DNA of 64,000 bases from an uncultured Actinomycetes bacterium. GTDB taxonomy: Bacteria; Actinomycetota; Acidimicrobiia; Spongiisociales; DATADW01. The position numbers and the translations under genes were made by a program. Positions 26,413 to 36,096 of the stretch are shown piece by piece; within the stretch, counting starts at the first letter, position 1, and the number at the start of each line of letters is the position of its first letter. The notes under the pieces are model-generated. The model saw nothing but the letters and a program-made list of their open reading frames with translations, was not told the origin of the DNA and did not search any database. The stretch spans positions 937 through 64,936 of the forward strand of contig CAVWWM010000025.1 of assembly GCA_963758695.1 (NCBI GenBank), in the 5' to 3' direction.

Positions 26413-27216
26413 CTAATTCTCCCGACGGAACAGCTCATACGCGGTGACGAACCTCTCGAGGAACTCGCCGCCTGCTTCGTCGAGCAGGCTTTCCCAACGA
26501 GGGTCGCCGCGGTAGCGGGTCACCTGCGAGACGTGGGCAGCGATCGCCGCTTCCTTTTGATCAAGCACCTCGGCCACCGGGACCGCCCAGGTGAACCCGG
26601 CGGTGGGCTCACCGGTCGCAGCGGCGGTGAGTGCCGTCTTCATCCGGCGGGCGAGCTTGCGCACCCCACCACGGCCGGTCACCGGGAGCGGGCCCCATGG
26701 CCAGTGCTGCCACCACCACACCGGGTACTCGACCACGGTGGCGTCGGAACCGACCGATGCGAGTGCTTGCCGAGCGATTCGATAGGCCGCCTCGTGGTCG
26801 GGATGGCCGTCGTCGGCCGCGGTGACGAACACCTCGGCGGGGCGGACCTCTTCGAGAATCGGGACTAGTTGGGCGACGGCAGCCGCTTCGTCCTGTCGCA
26901 GGGCGCCGTCGCGGAACCCGAGAAACCAGGCGCGGTGAGGGCCAACCCCGAGCTGGTCGAGCGATGCGATCTCCTCGCGGCCACGGAGAGCCGTCAACTC
27001 GGCGCGATCGATCAGGTCCCGATTGGCGAAGGCGCCGTCGGTGAGCACCGCCACGGCGACGTCGACGTCCAATCTCCTCTTACGGGCGATAGTCCCCCCG
27101 CACCCCAGAGTGTCGTCATCTGGGTGAGGCGCCACCACCAACGTGGTTCGCCGAAGTTGCTCATCGTCGGCCACCGACCATTCACGGGCAGCGCGCCGCC
27201 AGCGGCGGTCCCGCAC
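26413..27216 (-). CDS. PIG-L/LmbE family deacetylase (second copy)
   Basis: LVVAPHPDDDTLGCGGTI and HPDHEAAY motifs. Confidence 0.8.
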   Translation of the reverse strand: MRDRRWRRAAREWSVADDEQLRRTTLVVAPHPDDDTLGCGGTIARKRRLDVDVAVAVLTDGAFANRDLIDRAELTALRGREEIASLDQLGVGPHRAWFLGFRDGALRQDEAAAVAQLVPILEEVRPAEVFVTAADDGHPDHEAAYRIARQALASVGSDATVVEYPVWWWQHWPWGPLPVTGRGGVRKLARRMKTALTAAATGEPTAGFTWAVPVAEVLDQKEAAIAAHVSQVTRYRGDPRWESLLDEAGGEFLERFVTAYELFRREN

Positions 27217-27292
27217 CCGAGCGCGCCAACCGCGCTCCCTGAGAATCGACGGTCATTTTGGGCTCCTCGTCGGTATCAAGTTCGAGTAGAGG

Positions 27293-28491
27293 TCAAGGGT
27301 CAGCGGCAGTGACCTTGTCCCAGTCGTACGCCTGTGCCAACTGCCTGCCTGCTTCGCCCATGCGGCGGGCAAGTTCCGGGTCGCGGCGGATCTGGAGGAT
27401 GGCATCGGCCAACTCGGCCGGATCTTCCGGCTCGATGAGGACGCCGCTGGTCCCGTCGGCTACGAGATACTCCTGGCCACCGACCCGAGTGGCGATCACG
27501 GGCCTCCCCGACGCCATGGCCTCCACAACCGTCATCCCGAAGGACTCACTCAGGGAAGGATTCACCAGAACCGACGCCGCGCCGTATCTGACAGGCAGAT
27601 CCTGGTAGGGAACCACGCCGGCCCAATCGACTCGGGACCGCAACCCAGCGGGGATCCTCTGCTCGAGTTGTGCCCGGTATGGGGGTCCCCCATACCATCT
27701 GCCGAGTTCTCGGACTCGGGGGTCGGTCGAACCACGGACGACCGCCTCGGCCGGGAGGACGCTGTGCGGCCCGACCAGTGTGAGCTTCATCCGGTCATCA
27801 TCAGCCGCCAGAGCCACCACCGCATCGATCAGGGTGTGGACACCCTTTTCCGGGGAGACCCTCCCCACGAACAGCACGTTGAAGTCATCGCCGTCGTGCC
27901 TATCGACAGCGGAGAAGGTGAGGGCATCGACGCCGTTGGGAATGGTGTGGATTCGCCCGCGTGCGCTGGGTGGGCGAGCCGAGCGCGCCGCGTCACATGG
28001 TCGCTGCAGGTGACCACGGCATCGACCGCCCGGACAGCCGGGGCGGTCTGTGCCGGGGAGAGGTCGGAGAGCCACTCGTTGTGGAGATGGAGCACGATCG
28101 GCACCCGCCGGTTGAGCGCCCTGATGACGCGGGCGAAGGGGAACTGGCTCTGGATGTGGACCAGATCTGGGCGGCGGCGCCGGATGTCGATCGCCGCCTG
28201 GATGGCGAACCCGAGGTGGGTCCGCAAAGAGGTGAGACGGGGGCGGCGCGGATCCCTGCTCGATGGCAGGAACCGCAGCATCCGGGAAAGGAGGTTGTCG
28301 GGAAGCGTCGCCAGCAGCCGGTAGTCGACACCGTGGTGGATCTGGCGGGTGGTGCCGGTCCGTTCCCCGCTGGCATAGACAGTCACTTCGTGGCCGGCTG
28401 CGACCATGCGGCGGGCAACCTCGCCACTCCAGATCCCTATCGAGACTGTCGGGGTCGGTGGGCGGGAAGCGGCGCCGGGTTGGTTGACCAT
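27293..28491 (-). pseudogene. GT4-family glycosyltransferase, one frameshift near ~27975
   Basis: The N-terminal half lies in the frame of ORF 27829..28920 (MVNQPG...VTVYASGE...IVLHLHNEW...VVTCSDHV). The C-terminal half lies in ORF 27293..28075 (RIHTIPNGVD...FVGRVSPEKG...NPSLSESFGMTVVEAMASGRPVIATRVGG). Confidence 0.75.
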
Positions 28492-28539
28492 GGCGATTCG
28501 GAGCGGCCGGCGGGCGCCTTCCCGGTACGCTCCCTCGCC

Positions 28540-29440
28540 GTGGGCGAGATCTTCGAAGCCCTTCTCCGACCCGAGATGTTCGCCGGGCTTGCCGCCGGTG
28601 TCATTGCCGCCGTCGCTTGCGCCGTGGCTGCCCTCATCTTGCGCCGCCGCCCGCTCCCGGTCGCTGGGCTGGCGATCGCTGCCGCCTTCCTCGCCGTCCT
28701 CCGCCCCCCCACCCCCGTGCTCATCGCCGTGGGCTTGCTGGCGGCGATCGGGATAGCCGGTGATCTTCGGCCCAGTCTGATCCCCTTGGCCGGTGCGCTG
28801 GCTATCGGACCGGCGACGCTGTTGGTCTTCTCCGGGGATGTCTTCGAGCCGTTGTGGGGTCGGATCGCCGGTGTGGCGGCCATATCGATTGGTGGAGGAC
28901 TCGCCGCCTGGTCGGAGCAACGGCGCCCTTCGAGCTGGGCCGGTCCGATACTGGCCGCGGGCAGCGCTCTCGGTGTGTTCATCGTGGTTCCCGACACCGA
29001 GCGTGCCCTCGTCCTCCTCGGTGCGGCGCTGCCGGTCGCGCTCCTCGGCTGGCCTTTGCGGCTGGCCAGGCTGGGAACGGGCGGCGTGCTCTCCTTTGTA
29101 GGTGTTCTGGTGTGGGTCGTGCTCCGCGACGGCGCCACCCGCGACTCGGCCATCGTTGGCGGGCTTGCCGCCCTCGGCGTGCTCGTCGCCGAACCGGTGG
29201 CTGTGCTGTTGGGTCGCCTGTTCTCGGGCGCTTGGTCCCCTCCGGTTTCCGATTGGCTCCTCGTTGCCACTGATGCCGTGGTCGTCCTTCTCGCCGGCCG
29301 GCTGGCCGGGACACTCGACTCGGCCGAGGATGCCGTGCTGGTCGCCGGACTCGTCCTGGCGGGAGCGGTGGCGCTGCTGACCGCGGCGGAGCTGCGCCGA
29401 CCCGAGCCGCGAGGAAGTTTCCGGTCACGGGCCCCGGTAG
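28540..29440 (+). CDS. polytopic membrane protein of unknown function; 3' end unresolved
   Basis: The hydrophobic, helix-rich segment of ORF 27961..29952 fills the gap between the GT4 start (28491) and the deacetylase stop (29425). Possible starts are GTG 28540 or ATG 28576. The in-frame stop is only at 29952, deep inside the convergent gene. TAG 29438..29440 is in the +1 frame, so a 3' indel is suspected. Confidence 0.4.
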
Positions 29441-30223
29441 CCCCGCACCAGACGCCTCACTCGGTCCTCGAGCCGAAGGCCACCAACCATTCGGCGCCGG
29501 AAGAAGGTGGTCCCATCGCTCAGCTGGACCGGTACCCGGTTGAGCAGCAGCGGGTCGGTTGCACCCGTCACCGCCTTTCCGCTCCCCAGCGTGGCCGTCT
29601 CGTATGCCGATCGGACCACCCGGTCGGCCTGCGGCGACCAGTAGCCCCACGGATAGGTGAAGTGCCTCGGCTCGACCCCGAGCCGATCTTGATCAGCCCG
29701 TTGGAACGGCGACCTCCTCGGCGATCTCGGCTCGTCGAGTCGAACGGAGATCGGGGTGGGATGGGTATGGGCGCCAATGGTCACCAGGCCCTGCTCGGCC
29801 ATCTCCCCCACCTGGTCCCAAGTCAGCGGCTCGGCGCGTCCGTCTCGCGTAGGGGCGTTCTGCGTTTCGATCGGCCCACTGGTGAGGTAGAGCGTGAAGG
29901 CGAGCCCTCTCTCCCGGAGAAGTGGAAAGGCGTGGTGGAGACGTCGGCGTAACCGTCGTCGAAGGTGAGCACGAACATCCGTGAAGAGCTCGGGAGGATC
30001 GCGAGGCAACCGCGGTCTCGAGATCGACGACCTCACCGTTCTCACCGAGCCAGTCGAGCTGGCGGCGGAAGTCCTCGATGGTGACCTCCATCTCCAGCCC
30101 GGTTCCGGCTCCAACCTGGTGATAGATGAGGATTCGCGGCCCACGCAGTGGCCCGAGGACCTTGTCGCCCACGGCCGCCGCAAGCTTCACCGCCTGTTTG
30201 GCGGCTCTCGCCGCCGCGCTCAT
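29425..30223 (-). pseudogene. polysaccharide deacetylase (NodB homology), frame broken >=3 times
   Basis: Blocks in different minus frames: ILIYHQVG...FRRQLDWL (ORF 29693..30412), VLTFDDGYADV (third frame), FPLLRERGLAFTLYLT...VTIGAHTH and HFTYPWGYW (ORF 29425..30183). ATGA overlap with the upstream PCP gene. Confidence 0.7.
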
Positions 30224-32931
30224 TCGGCGGCGAGAGCGGAGAGTTCGTCCCAGGACGAGGACGGGGCCGCCAGCAGCCCGAGCCGCTGCAGCGGGGCCAG
30301 GTTGGGCCGCATCCCCTCGCTCAGCTCGGGCGCCCAACCCTGGGGCTGGTTTCGGTCGCCCCGCCACGGATAACGGATCCGTGCCTCTGGGTCGTGCCCT
30401 TCGTACAGCCACCCGAGGGTGATGTCGAAGGTGCGCAGCTCCTTCACCTGCGAGTCCAACGCGTCCACCTCGTCGCTGCGTCCCGCCTGGACGGCGTTGC
30501 GCAACAGGCGGTTGAGCCCGTCAATCTGATTGTGGAGCATCCCGGTGCGGAGATCATCGAGGTGGTCGCGGGTGCACTGCACCGCCGGGACGAGAGCCTC
30601 GAATGTCCCGTCACGGCTCCGAACCTGCCACACATCGGGGTGCTGGTCTGTCTCTGCTACATGGCGGGTGAAGAAGCTTCGCCTCACCCAACCGTCGATC
30701 CCTTCGGCACCGTCCTGGGAACCGAGCACCGAGGCGAGCTCTCGATCGAGAGCGCGCTGGCTTGCCGGATCGAGGTCGTCGCCGAGCCGCTGGAGCACCA
30801 GTTCGCCGATCGTGGGGTGGTCCTTGATCTCGACCAAGGGGACGAATCCCTCCCGGGTCACCTGTGCAGCCGGTTCGCCGGTCTCGGTGCCGGCGCCGGT
30901 GAGTAGAGCGAGGACCTGGGCGTAAAGCTCATCCTCGAGTTTGCCCCGACCCACGTCGACCCCGTCGAGCACTTCGGCGAGCATCGGAGATGCTTCGCCG
31001 TCGACCTCGGTCGGCTCGGGCGTTGCCACCGGGGCCTCGAGCAGGCCCCGTGCCGAGGGCCGGGCTGCCGACGAGGTCGCCAGCGCACCGACGGGCTCCG
31101 GTGCCGGTTCAGGCATCGCGACCGGTGGTGCTACAGGTGCCGGCGTAGGTGCAGCCTTGGGGAGAGGTGGCGGCGACGGCTCGACGATGATCTCGGGGAG
31201 TGGGCGATCGCTCTTGGATCCCCGCCGCTTGAACAGCCCTCGCAGCCCACGTGCCTCCGGGTTGACCAGGGTTGCCCCGAGAACGCTCACTCCACGCGAC
31301 GACAGGTCGCGGTACATCTCTTCGACGGCAGAGGCCGTGCTGGTCCCTGGCCTTATGCACATGACGGTTTGGTCCACGTCGTAGAGCAATGTCTGGGTCG
31401 TCGGGTCGGCTACGGCACCGGCAGCGACCACGACAGCGTCGAACCGCTCCTGGGCTGCATCGATCAACTGCACCGCCCGTCTAGCGGCGACGGCATCGGC
31501 CGGATCATCGAGACCGATGCCGACAGGGATGGCGCGCAGCCCCGGCCCGGTCTCGGTCGATTCGGAGAGCACCCACTCGACGAACCCGGCGACAGCGGTG
31601 TTGTCGCGCGCCATCGGGTCGATCACATCGGAAAGACTGGGCCCCAGGCCCTCATACTCCGGAAGATCGGAGGGATGGGCGAAGTCACCGTCGATCAGCA
31701 GGACCCGCTGCCCTGCGGTTGCCAGGCTCATCGCATAGTCGGCTGCCACGGCGTGGGCGTCGCGCGAGCTGACGTCCATGCCGGTGAACCCGAGCGCCAG
31801 ATGACGCTGGCGGGCGCGGCCGTCGATGGCGGCGCGCAGTGCCTGCACAGCCTGCTTGCGCGGCGAGCGGCGCACGGTCTGGTACCAGGGGCGTGGCCCG
31901 CTGGAGATCGGAGTCCTGGACGGCACCTCACCCAATGCGGGCACGGCATCGAGGTCTCCGGTGGTCCACACCGGCCGGCGTATCCGGTCGGCGACGATGA
32001 GCACCGCCAGCCCGAGCAGCAGTCCGGCAACCGCACCGAGCAACCCGTTGATCAGCAGGTTGGCCGCTTGGGGCGTGACGTCCTCGGTGACCGCGGTCCC
32101 AAACGACTGCTCCCCCTCGGGACCAGCGGTCGCCAGAGCGGTGTGCTGATCGAGGACGGCCTGGAACTCCTCCTCGAGCAGTTGCTTCTGCACCTGCTCG
32201 GCAGACTGTGGCGCCTCGCCTTCGGCTGGCAGGGCCTCGAGTTCGGCTTGGAGGACCTCGAGCGCATCCTCAACCTCGGCGATCTCGGCGTCGACATCCT
32301 CGGCCGTCCGCTCCTCTTCCGCTTGCGGGTTCTGGGTCGGGCCGAGGATGTCCTCCACCCTGAGTCCACTGAGCCTGTCCTCGAGGGCATCGATCGATTC
32401 CTGAATCTGCTCCCGATCACCGACGACCTCGGGGTCCTCTGCCAACTGGGCATCGATCCCCTCTATCTCGGCCCTGATCTCCTCGAGGCGTTCCTGCAGC
32501 GCGTCCAATTCCTCTTGCTTCTCTTGCGCCGCCTGGGTCTCTTCGTCCCTACCCGCCTGCCGGTAGGCCCGGACCATGCCGTTCAACTCTTGAGTTGCGG
32601 TGTCCTGGTCGGGGGCGAAGACCTGGAAGGTGAGAGTGCCTTCCTGGGTGTCACCGGTGATGCTGGCGGCCCCACCGAGCCGGGCCAGCGTCTCCTCGTT
32701 GGCATCTTCCGAATCGATCTGGGCTGCCTCGACCGCCGAACTTAGCCCTTCGCCGGTGCGGTCCGCCTCGCCTTGGGTGAAGGTGATGGTCCGCGTCGCC
32801 TGGAACACGGGTTGGATGGCGTCGTTGCGCCGTGACGTGATGACGACCGCTGGGATGGCGCCGAGCGCCGCCACCATGACAAGGACCCACCACCGGGCCT
32901 TGATCAGTCGTCCTATACGTGTCAGGTCCAC
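30220..32931 (-). CDS. polysaccharide co-polymerase (Wzz-like, 2 TM + acidic coiled coil) fused to a degenerate BY-kinase/ParA-like domain and a ~300-aa C-terminal domain of unknown function
   Basis: TM1 WWVLVMVAALGAIPAVVI. Long Glu/Gln-rich heptad-like stretch. TM2 LLGAVAGLLLGLAVLIV. VLLIDGDFAHPS (Walker A'-like) is present but no GxxxxGK[ST]. A Pro-rich linker precedes the novel C-terminal region. Confidence 0.7.
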   Translation of the reverse strand: MDLTRIGRLIKARWWVLVMVAALGAIPAVVITSRRNDAIQPVFQATRTITFTQGEADRTGEGLSSAVEAAQIDSEDANEETLARLGGAASITGDTQEGTLTFQVFAPDQDTATQELNGMVRAYRQAGRDEETQAAQEKQEELDALQERLEEIRAEIEGIDAQLAEDPEVVGDREQIQESIDALEDRLSGLRVEDILGPTQNPQAEEERTAEDVDAEIAEVEDALEVLQAELEALPAEGEAPQSAEQVQKQLLEEEFQAVLDQHTALATAGPEGEQSFGTAVTEDVTPQAANLLINGLLGAVAGLLLGLAVLIVADRIRRPVWTTGDLDAVPALGEVPSRTPISSGPRPWYQTVRRSPRKQAVQALRAAIDGRARQRHLALGFTGMDVSSRDAHAVAADYAMSLATAGQRVLLIDGDFAHPSDLPEYEGLGPSLSDVIDPMARDNTAVAGFVEWVLSESTETGPGLRAIPVGIGLDDPADAVAARRAVQLIDAAQERFDAVVVAAGAVADPTTQTLLYDVDQTVMCIRPGTSTASAVEEMYRDLSSRGVSVLGATLVNPEARGLRGLFKRRGSKSDRPLPEIIVEPSPPPLPKAAPTPAPVAPPVAMPEPAPEPVGALATSSAARPSARGLLEAPVATPEPTEVDGEASPMLAEVLDGVDVGRGKLEDELYAQVLALLTGAGTETGEPAAQVTREGFVPLVEIKDHPTIGELVLQRLGDDLDPASQRALDRELASVLGSQDGAEGIDGWVRRSFFTRHVAETDQHPDVWQVRSRDGTFEALVPAVQCTRDHLDDLRTGMLHNQIDGLNRLLRNAVQAGRSDEVDALDSQVKELRTFDITLGWLYEGHDPEARIRYPWRGDRNQPQGWAPELSEGMRPNLAPLQRLGLLAAPSSSWDELSALAAE

Positions 32932-34925
32932 TCTTCTTCACCTTCCTCCGAAACGCCCCCTTGTATTACATCTTGCGACCAGGAAGCACCCACGACCTCA
33001 CCGAGGAGGGCGCGGATCCCGGCCATGTCCCCGTCGCCGGCCAGCTTGGCCAGTTGGGGGACAGCGTCGCCGATGGCGCCACCCAGGGAGGCGCCGGTGC
33101 GAGCTACGTTGATCTTCGGGTTCGACGTTGGGACCAGCGGCTCGAGAGAGAGCTGCTCGGTCATCTTCTCACCCTCTCGCCTCCCGGTGACCTCGACCTT
33201 GATGTCACGGCCCGGGACCATCCCGGCCAGTCGGATCAGGCGGTGGGCTAGATCGCCGATCCGGACCGGCTCGGCCATGTCGAGCACGAAGATCTCACCG
33301 CCCATCGCGAGGGCGCCAGCCTGCAGCACCAATTGCACCGCCTCGTCGACCGTCATGAAGTATCGCCTCATGTCCGGGTCGGTGAGAGTCACCGGTCCCC
33401 CCGCCTTGATCTGACGGATGAACGTCGGCACCACACTCCCCCGGCTGCCCAGGACGTTGCCGAACCGGACCGAGGTATAGGTGCAGCCGTCGTCCTCGCA
33501 CGCCGCTTCCTGGACCATCAACTCCGCCACCCGCTTGGTGCTACCCATGACGCTGGTGGGGGCTACTGCCTTGTCGGTGGAGATGAGGACGAACCGCCGC
33601 ACGCCCGCGGCGCGTGCCGCATCGAGCACGTGACGGGTCCCGACGACATTCGTGGCCACCGCCTCCTCGGGACAGTCCTCCAGGATGGGGACGTGCTTCA
33701 ACGCTGCGGCGTGGAAGACAACCTCGGGCTTGGTCTCGAGAAAGACACGTCGCACACGTTCCCGGTCGCGTATGTCGCACAGGACCTGGAGCGGCTCGCG
33801 GCCTGTCTTCCTCCTCCAATCGAGGTTCGCCTCGAACAGGTGGGTCTCGTCATGGTCGACCACCACGATCTCGGCGGGCTCGAACTCGAGCAGCTGGCGG
33901 ACGATCTCCGAACCGATCGACCCGCCGGCACCGGTGACGAGCACCCGGCTTCCCCGGACCAGAGCGGCTACGGCGTCCAACTCGGTGGACACCGCAGGGC
34001 GTGGGAGGAGGTCGGTGATCTCCAGGTCGCGGATGTCGCCCGTCGGCTGCCCACCTGCGAGCACGGCTCCGAGCTCGGGGACGATGCGGAGGCGGGCATT
34101 GTTGTAGAGGCAGGCGTCGAGCACCTTGCGTGCCATGCGCTCGCCGCCTTCGGCGACGATCACCTGGTCGATCTCTTGCTCGTCTACCAACTCGGCGAGA
34201 TCGTCGACCGAGCCCAGCACCGGTAGACCGACCAGCCGGCGTGACGCCTCGTAGGCGCTGTCCGTGACGAAGCCCGCTACATCGCCGCCGTGTGTCGACG
34301 TGAGGCTGCGCGCCACCTCGGCGGCGGCGCGTCCGGTGCCGACGATGATCGTCCTTTCAACCCGCGATCCATCGGGATTCCGCTTGAAACTGAACAGACG
34401 TGACCGGAACCGCACCAGCCCCATGGCGAACAGGGTCAAGAGACCGCCGGTCACCACCACCGCCACCGGGATAGGACGCAGCCAAGGCTCCGCCACCGCC
34501 TCTGCCGGGCGACCGGGGGTTCCTGCCGGGGCCGGGGAGACGGCGGGGTCGATGAGGGTGTAGACGGCGAGGCCGACGAGGAGGATGGCGATGGCGGTGG
34601 CCGCAGCGAGTACCACCCGCTTGGCTTCGGCCACGCTGGCGTACTCCCAGACGTGCCCGTAGGCCCCGAAGACGATGTTGGTGGAAAGGTGAACGAGGAT
34701 GATGATCGGGAGCAGAACGAAAAGACTCTCGGTGAACTCGCCCCGCAACCGGGCTGTCTCGGGGTCGAGCAGCCGGAGCCCGAGGGCTGAGGAATAGGCG
34801 AGGACCACGAGGATGGCATCGATGAGTGCGAACGAAATATCGGCGCGCACATGTGCGGCCGTCCTCGATATTTTCACCCGCCAGTCAGAGCTCAACAGCT
34901 CCCCCTGTCGCCTCGGAAACAGCAC
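32922..34925 (-). CDS. CapD/WbpM/PglF-type membrane-anchored nucleotide-sugar 4,6-dehydratase
   Basis: N-terminal TM helices, two Rossmann-like regions (IIVGTGRAA; VLVTGAGGSIGSEI), then STDKAV.PTSVMG.TKR. Confidence 0.85.
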   Translation of the reverse strand: MLFPRRQGELLSSDWRVKISRTAAHVRADISFALIDAILVVLAYSSALGLRLLDPETARLRGEFTESLFVLLPIIILVHLSTNIVFGAYGHVWEYASVAEAKRVVLAAATAIAILLVGLAVYTLIDPAVSPAPAGTPGRPAEAVAEPWLRPIPVAVVVTGGLLTLFAMGLVRFRSRLFSFKRNPDGSRVERTIIVGTGRAAAEVARSLTSTHGGDVAGFVTDSAYEASRRLVGLPVLGSVDDLAELVDEQEIDQVIVAEGGERMARKVLDACLYNNARLRIVPELGAVLAGGQPTGDIRDLEITDLLPRPAVSTELDAVAALVRGSRVLVTGAGGSIGSEIVRQLLEFEPAEIVVVDHDETHLFEANLDWRRKTGREPLQVLCDIRDRERVRRVFLETKPEVVFHAAALKHVPILEDCPEEAVATNVVGTRHVLDAARAAGVRRFVLISTDKAVAPTSVMGSTKRVAELMVQEAACEDDGCTYTSVRFGNVLGSRGSVVPTFIRQIKAGGPVTLTDPDMRRYFMTVDEAVQLVLQAGALAMGGEIFVLDMAEPVRIGDLAHRLIRLAGMVPGRDIKVEVTGRREGEKMTEQLSLEPLVPTSNPKINVARTGASLGGAIGDAVPQLAKLAGDGDMAGIRALLGEVVGASWSQDVIQGGVSEEGEEEWT

Positions 34926-35176
34926 GGTTCCCGCTCGGGTGGGCAGCTTCAGAGCTTCGAGGCCAGTTGGGCCGTAACTCTTTGGATACCCCCCGCAGCA
35001 GGACCCTAATCACGCTGCGTGTTCAACTAGACACAGATCGGCGTATCGACGCGAGTTCTTGAGCAGGCACAACGCGCCCTGGGAGGCGGCGTTCCCACGC
35101 TGCGAACGGGCTTCAGATGCCGGTCCGGGGTGCCGATTCTATGCTCGTCAACCCGAACCCAAAGGGGTGTACTCCT

Positions 35177-36049
35177 ATGAAAGCTCTAGTCACTGGTGGC
35201 GCCGGTTTTCTCGGCCGCCAGGTCGCCCGCCACCTCACCGACAGCGGTTTTGAGGTCTCGATCTTCGATCGGATGGACGCAGCCGATCCAGACATCCCGA
35301 CCATCGTCGGTGATCTCGTTGACCCCGATGCGGTGCGCGCCGCCGTCGAAGGACACGACGTCGTTTGCCACATTGGCGCCATCGGTGACGTCTACCTCGC
35401 GGGCGAGCAGCCGGCTCTGGCGTCGTCGGTCAACGTCACCGGCACCGCTCTCGTCGCCGATGCCGCCATCACAACCGGTGCCCGGGTGGTCTACGCCTCC
35501 ACATGGGAGGTGTACGGCGAGCCGCAATACGAGCCGGTCGACGAGAACCATCCCACCGAGCCCGATCACCCGTACAGCATCACCAAGCTCGGCGGGGAGA
35601 GGATCCTGATCTCCGCAGCCCATCTGCGGGGCCTCTCGACGGTCGCCCTCCGGCTGGGCACCGCCTACGGTCCGGGTCTCCGGCCCAACTCGGTGTTCCG
35701 CATCTTCATCGACCGGGCGAGGCGCGGCGAGCCCATCACCATCCAGGGTGGCGGGTCGCAGGGACGTCAGTTCACCCACTCCTCGGACATCGCCCGCGCC
35801 TTCGAGCTGGCGGCAAGGTCCGACGTGAGCGGTCAGGTCTTCAACACCGTCGCCGACGAGACGGTTTCGATCAAGCAGCTCGCCGAACTGGTGGTCGAGC
35901 GCATCCCCACCGAGCTCACCTTTGGTGATCCCCGGCCGGGCGACGTGCCGCCCGCATTGGTGTCGTCGCAGAAGATCGCCGATGTCCTCGGGTGGCGCCC
36001 CGAGATGCCGTTCGAGCAAGGTCTGCGCCACCTGATCGACGAGGGCTGA
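35177..36049 (+). CDS. NAD-dependent epimerase/dehydratase (UDP-glucose 4-epimerase-like)
   Basis: MKALVTGGAGFLGRQV, catalytic YSITK, 290 aa. Confidence 0.8.
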   Translation: MKALVTGGAGFLGRQVARHLTDSGFEVSIFDRMDAADPDIPTIVGDLVDPDAVRAAVEGHDVVCHIGAIGDVYLAGEQPALASSVNVTGTALVADAAITTGARVVYASTWEVYGEPQYEPVDENHPTEPDHPYSITKLGGERILISAAHLRGLSTVALRLGTAYGPGLRPNSVFRIFIDRARRGEPITIQGGGSQGRQFTHSSDIARAFELAARSDVSGQVFNTVADETVSIKQLAELVVERIPTELTFGDPRPGDVPPALVSSQKIADVLGWRPEMPFEQGLRHLIDEG

Positions 36050-36096
36050 CAGTGCCCACCTCCGGGCCCACCCCCCAGGGCGGGCCCGAGGGCCCG

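Noticed and set aside
27961-29952. 663-aa + strand ORF taken at face value as one protein.
   Set aside because: Its first ~190 aa are antisense to a well-supported GT4 gene, and its last ~170 aa are antisense to the NodB gene. Both portions are Arg/Pro/Gly-rich in the manner of shadow ORFs. Only the central hydrophobic part is credible.
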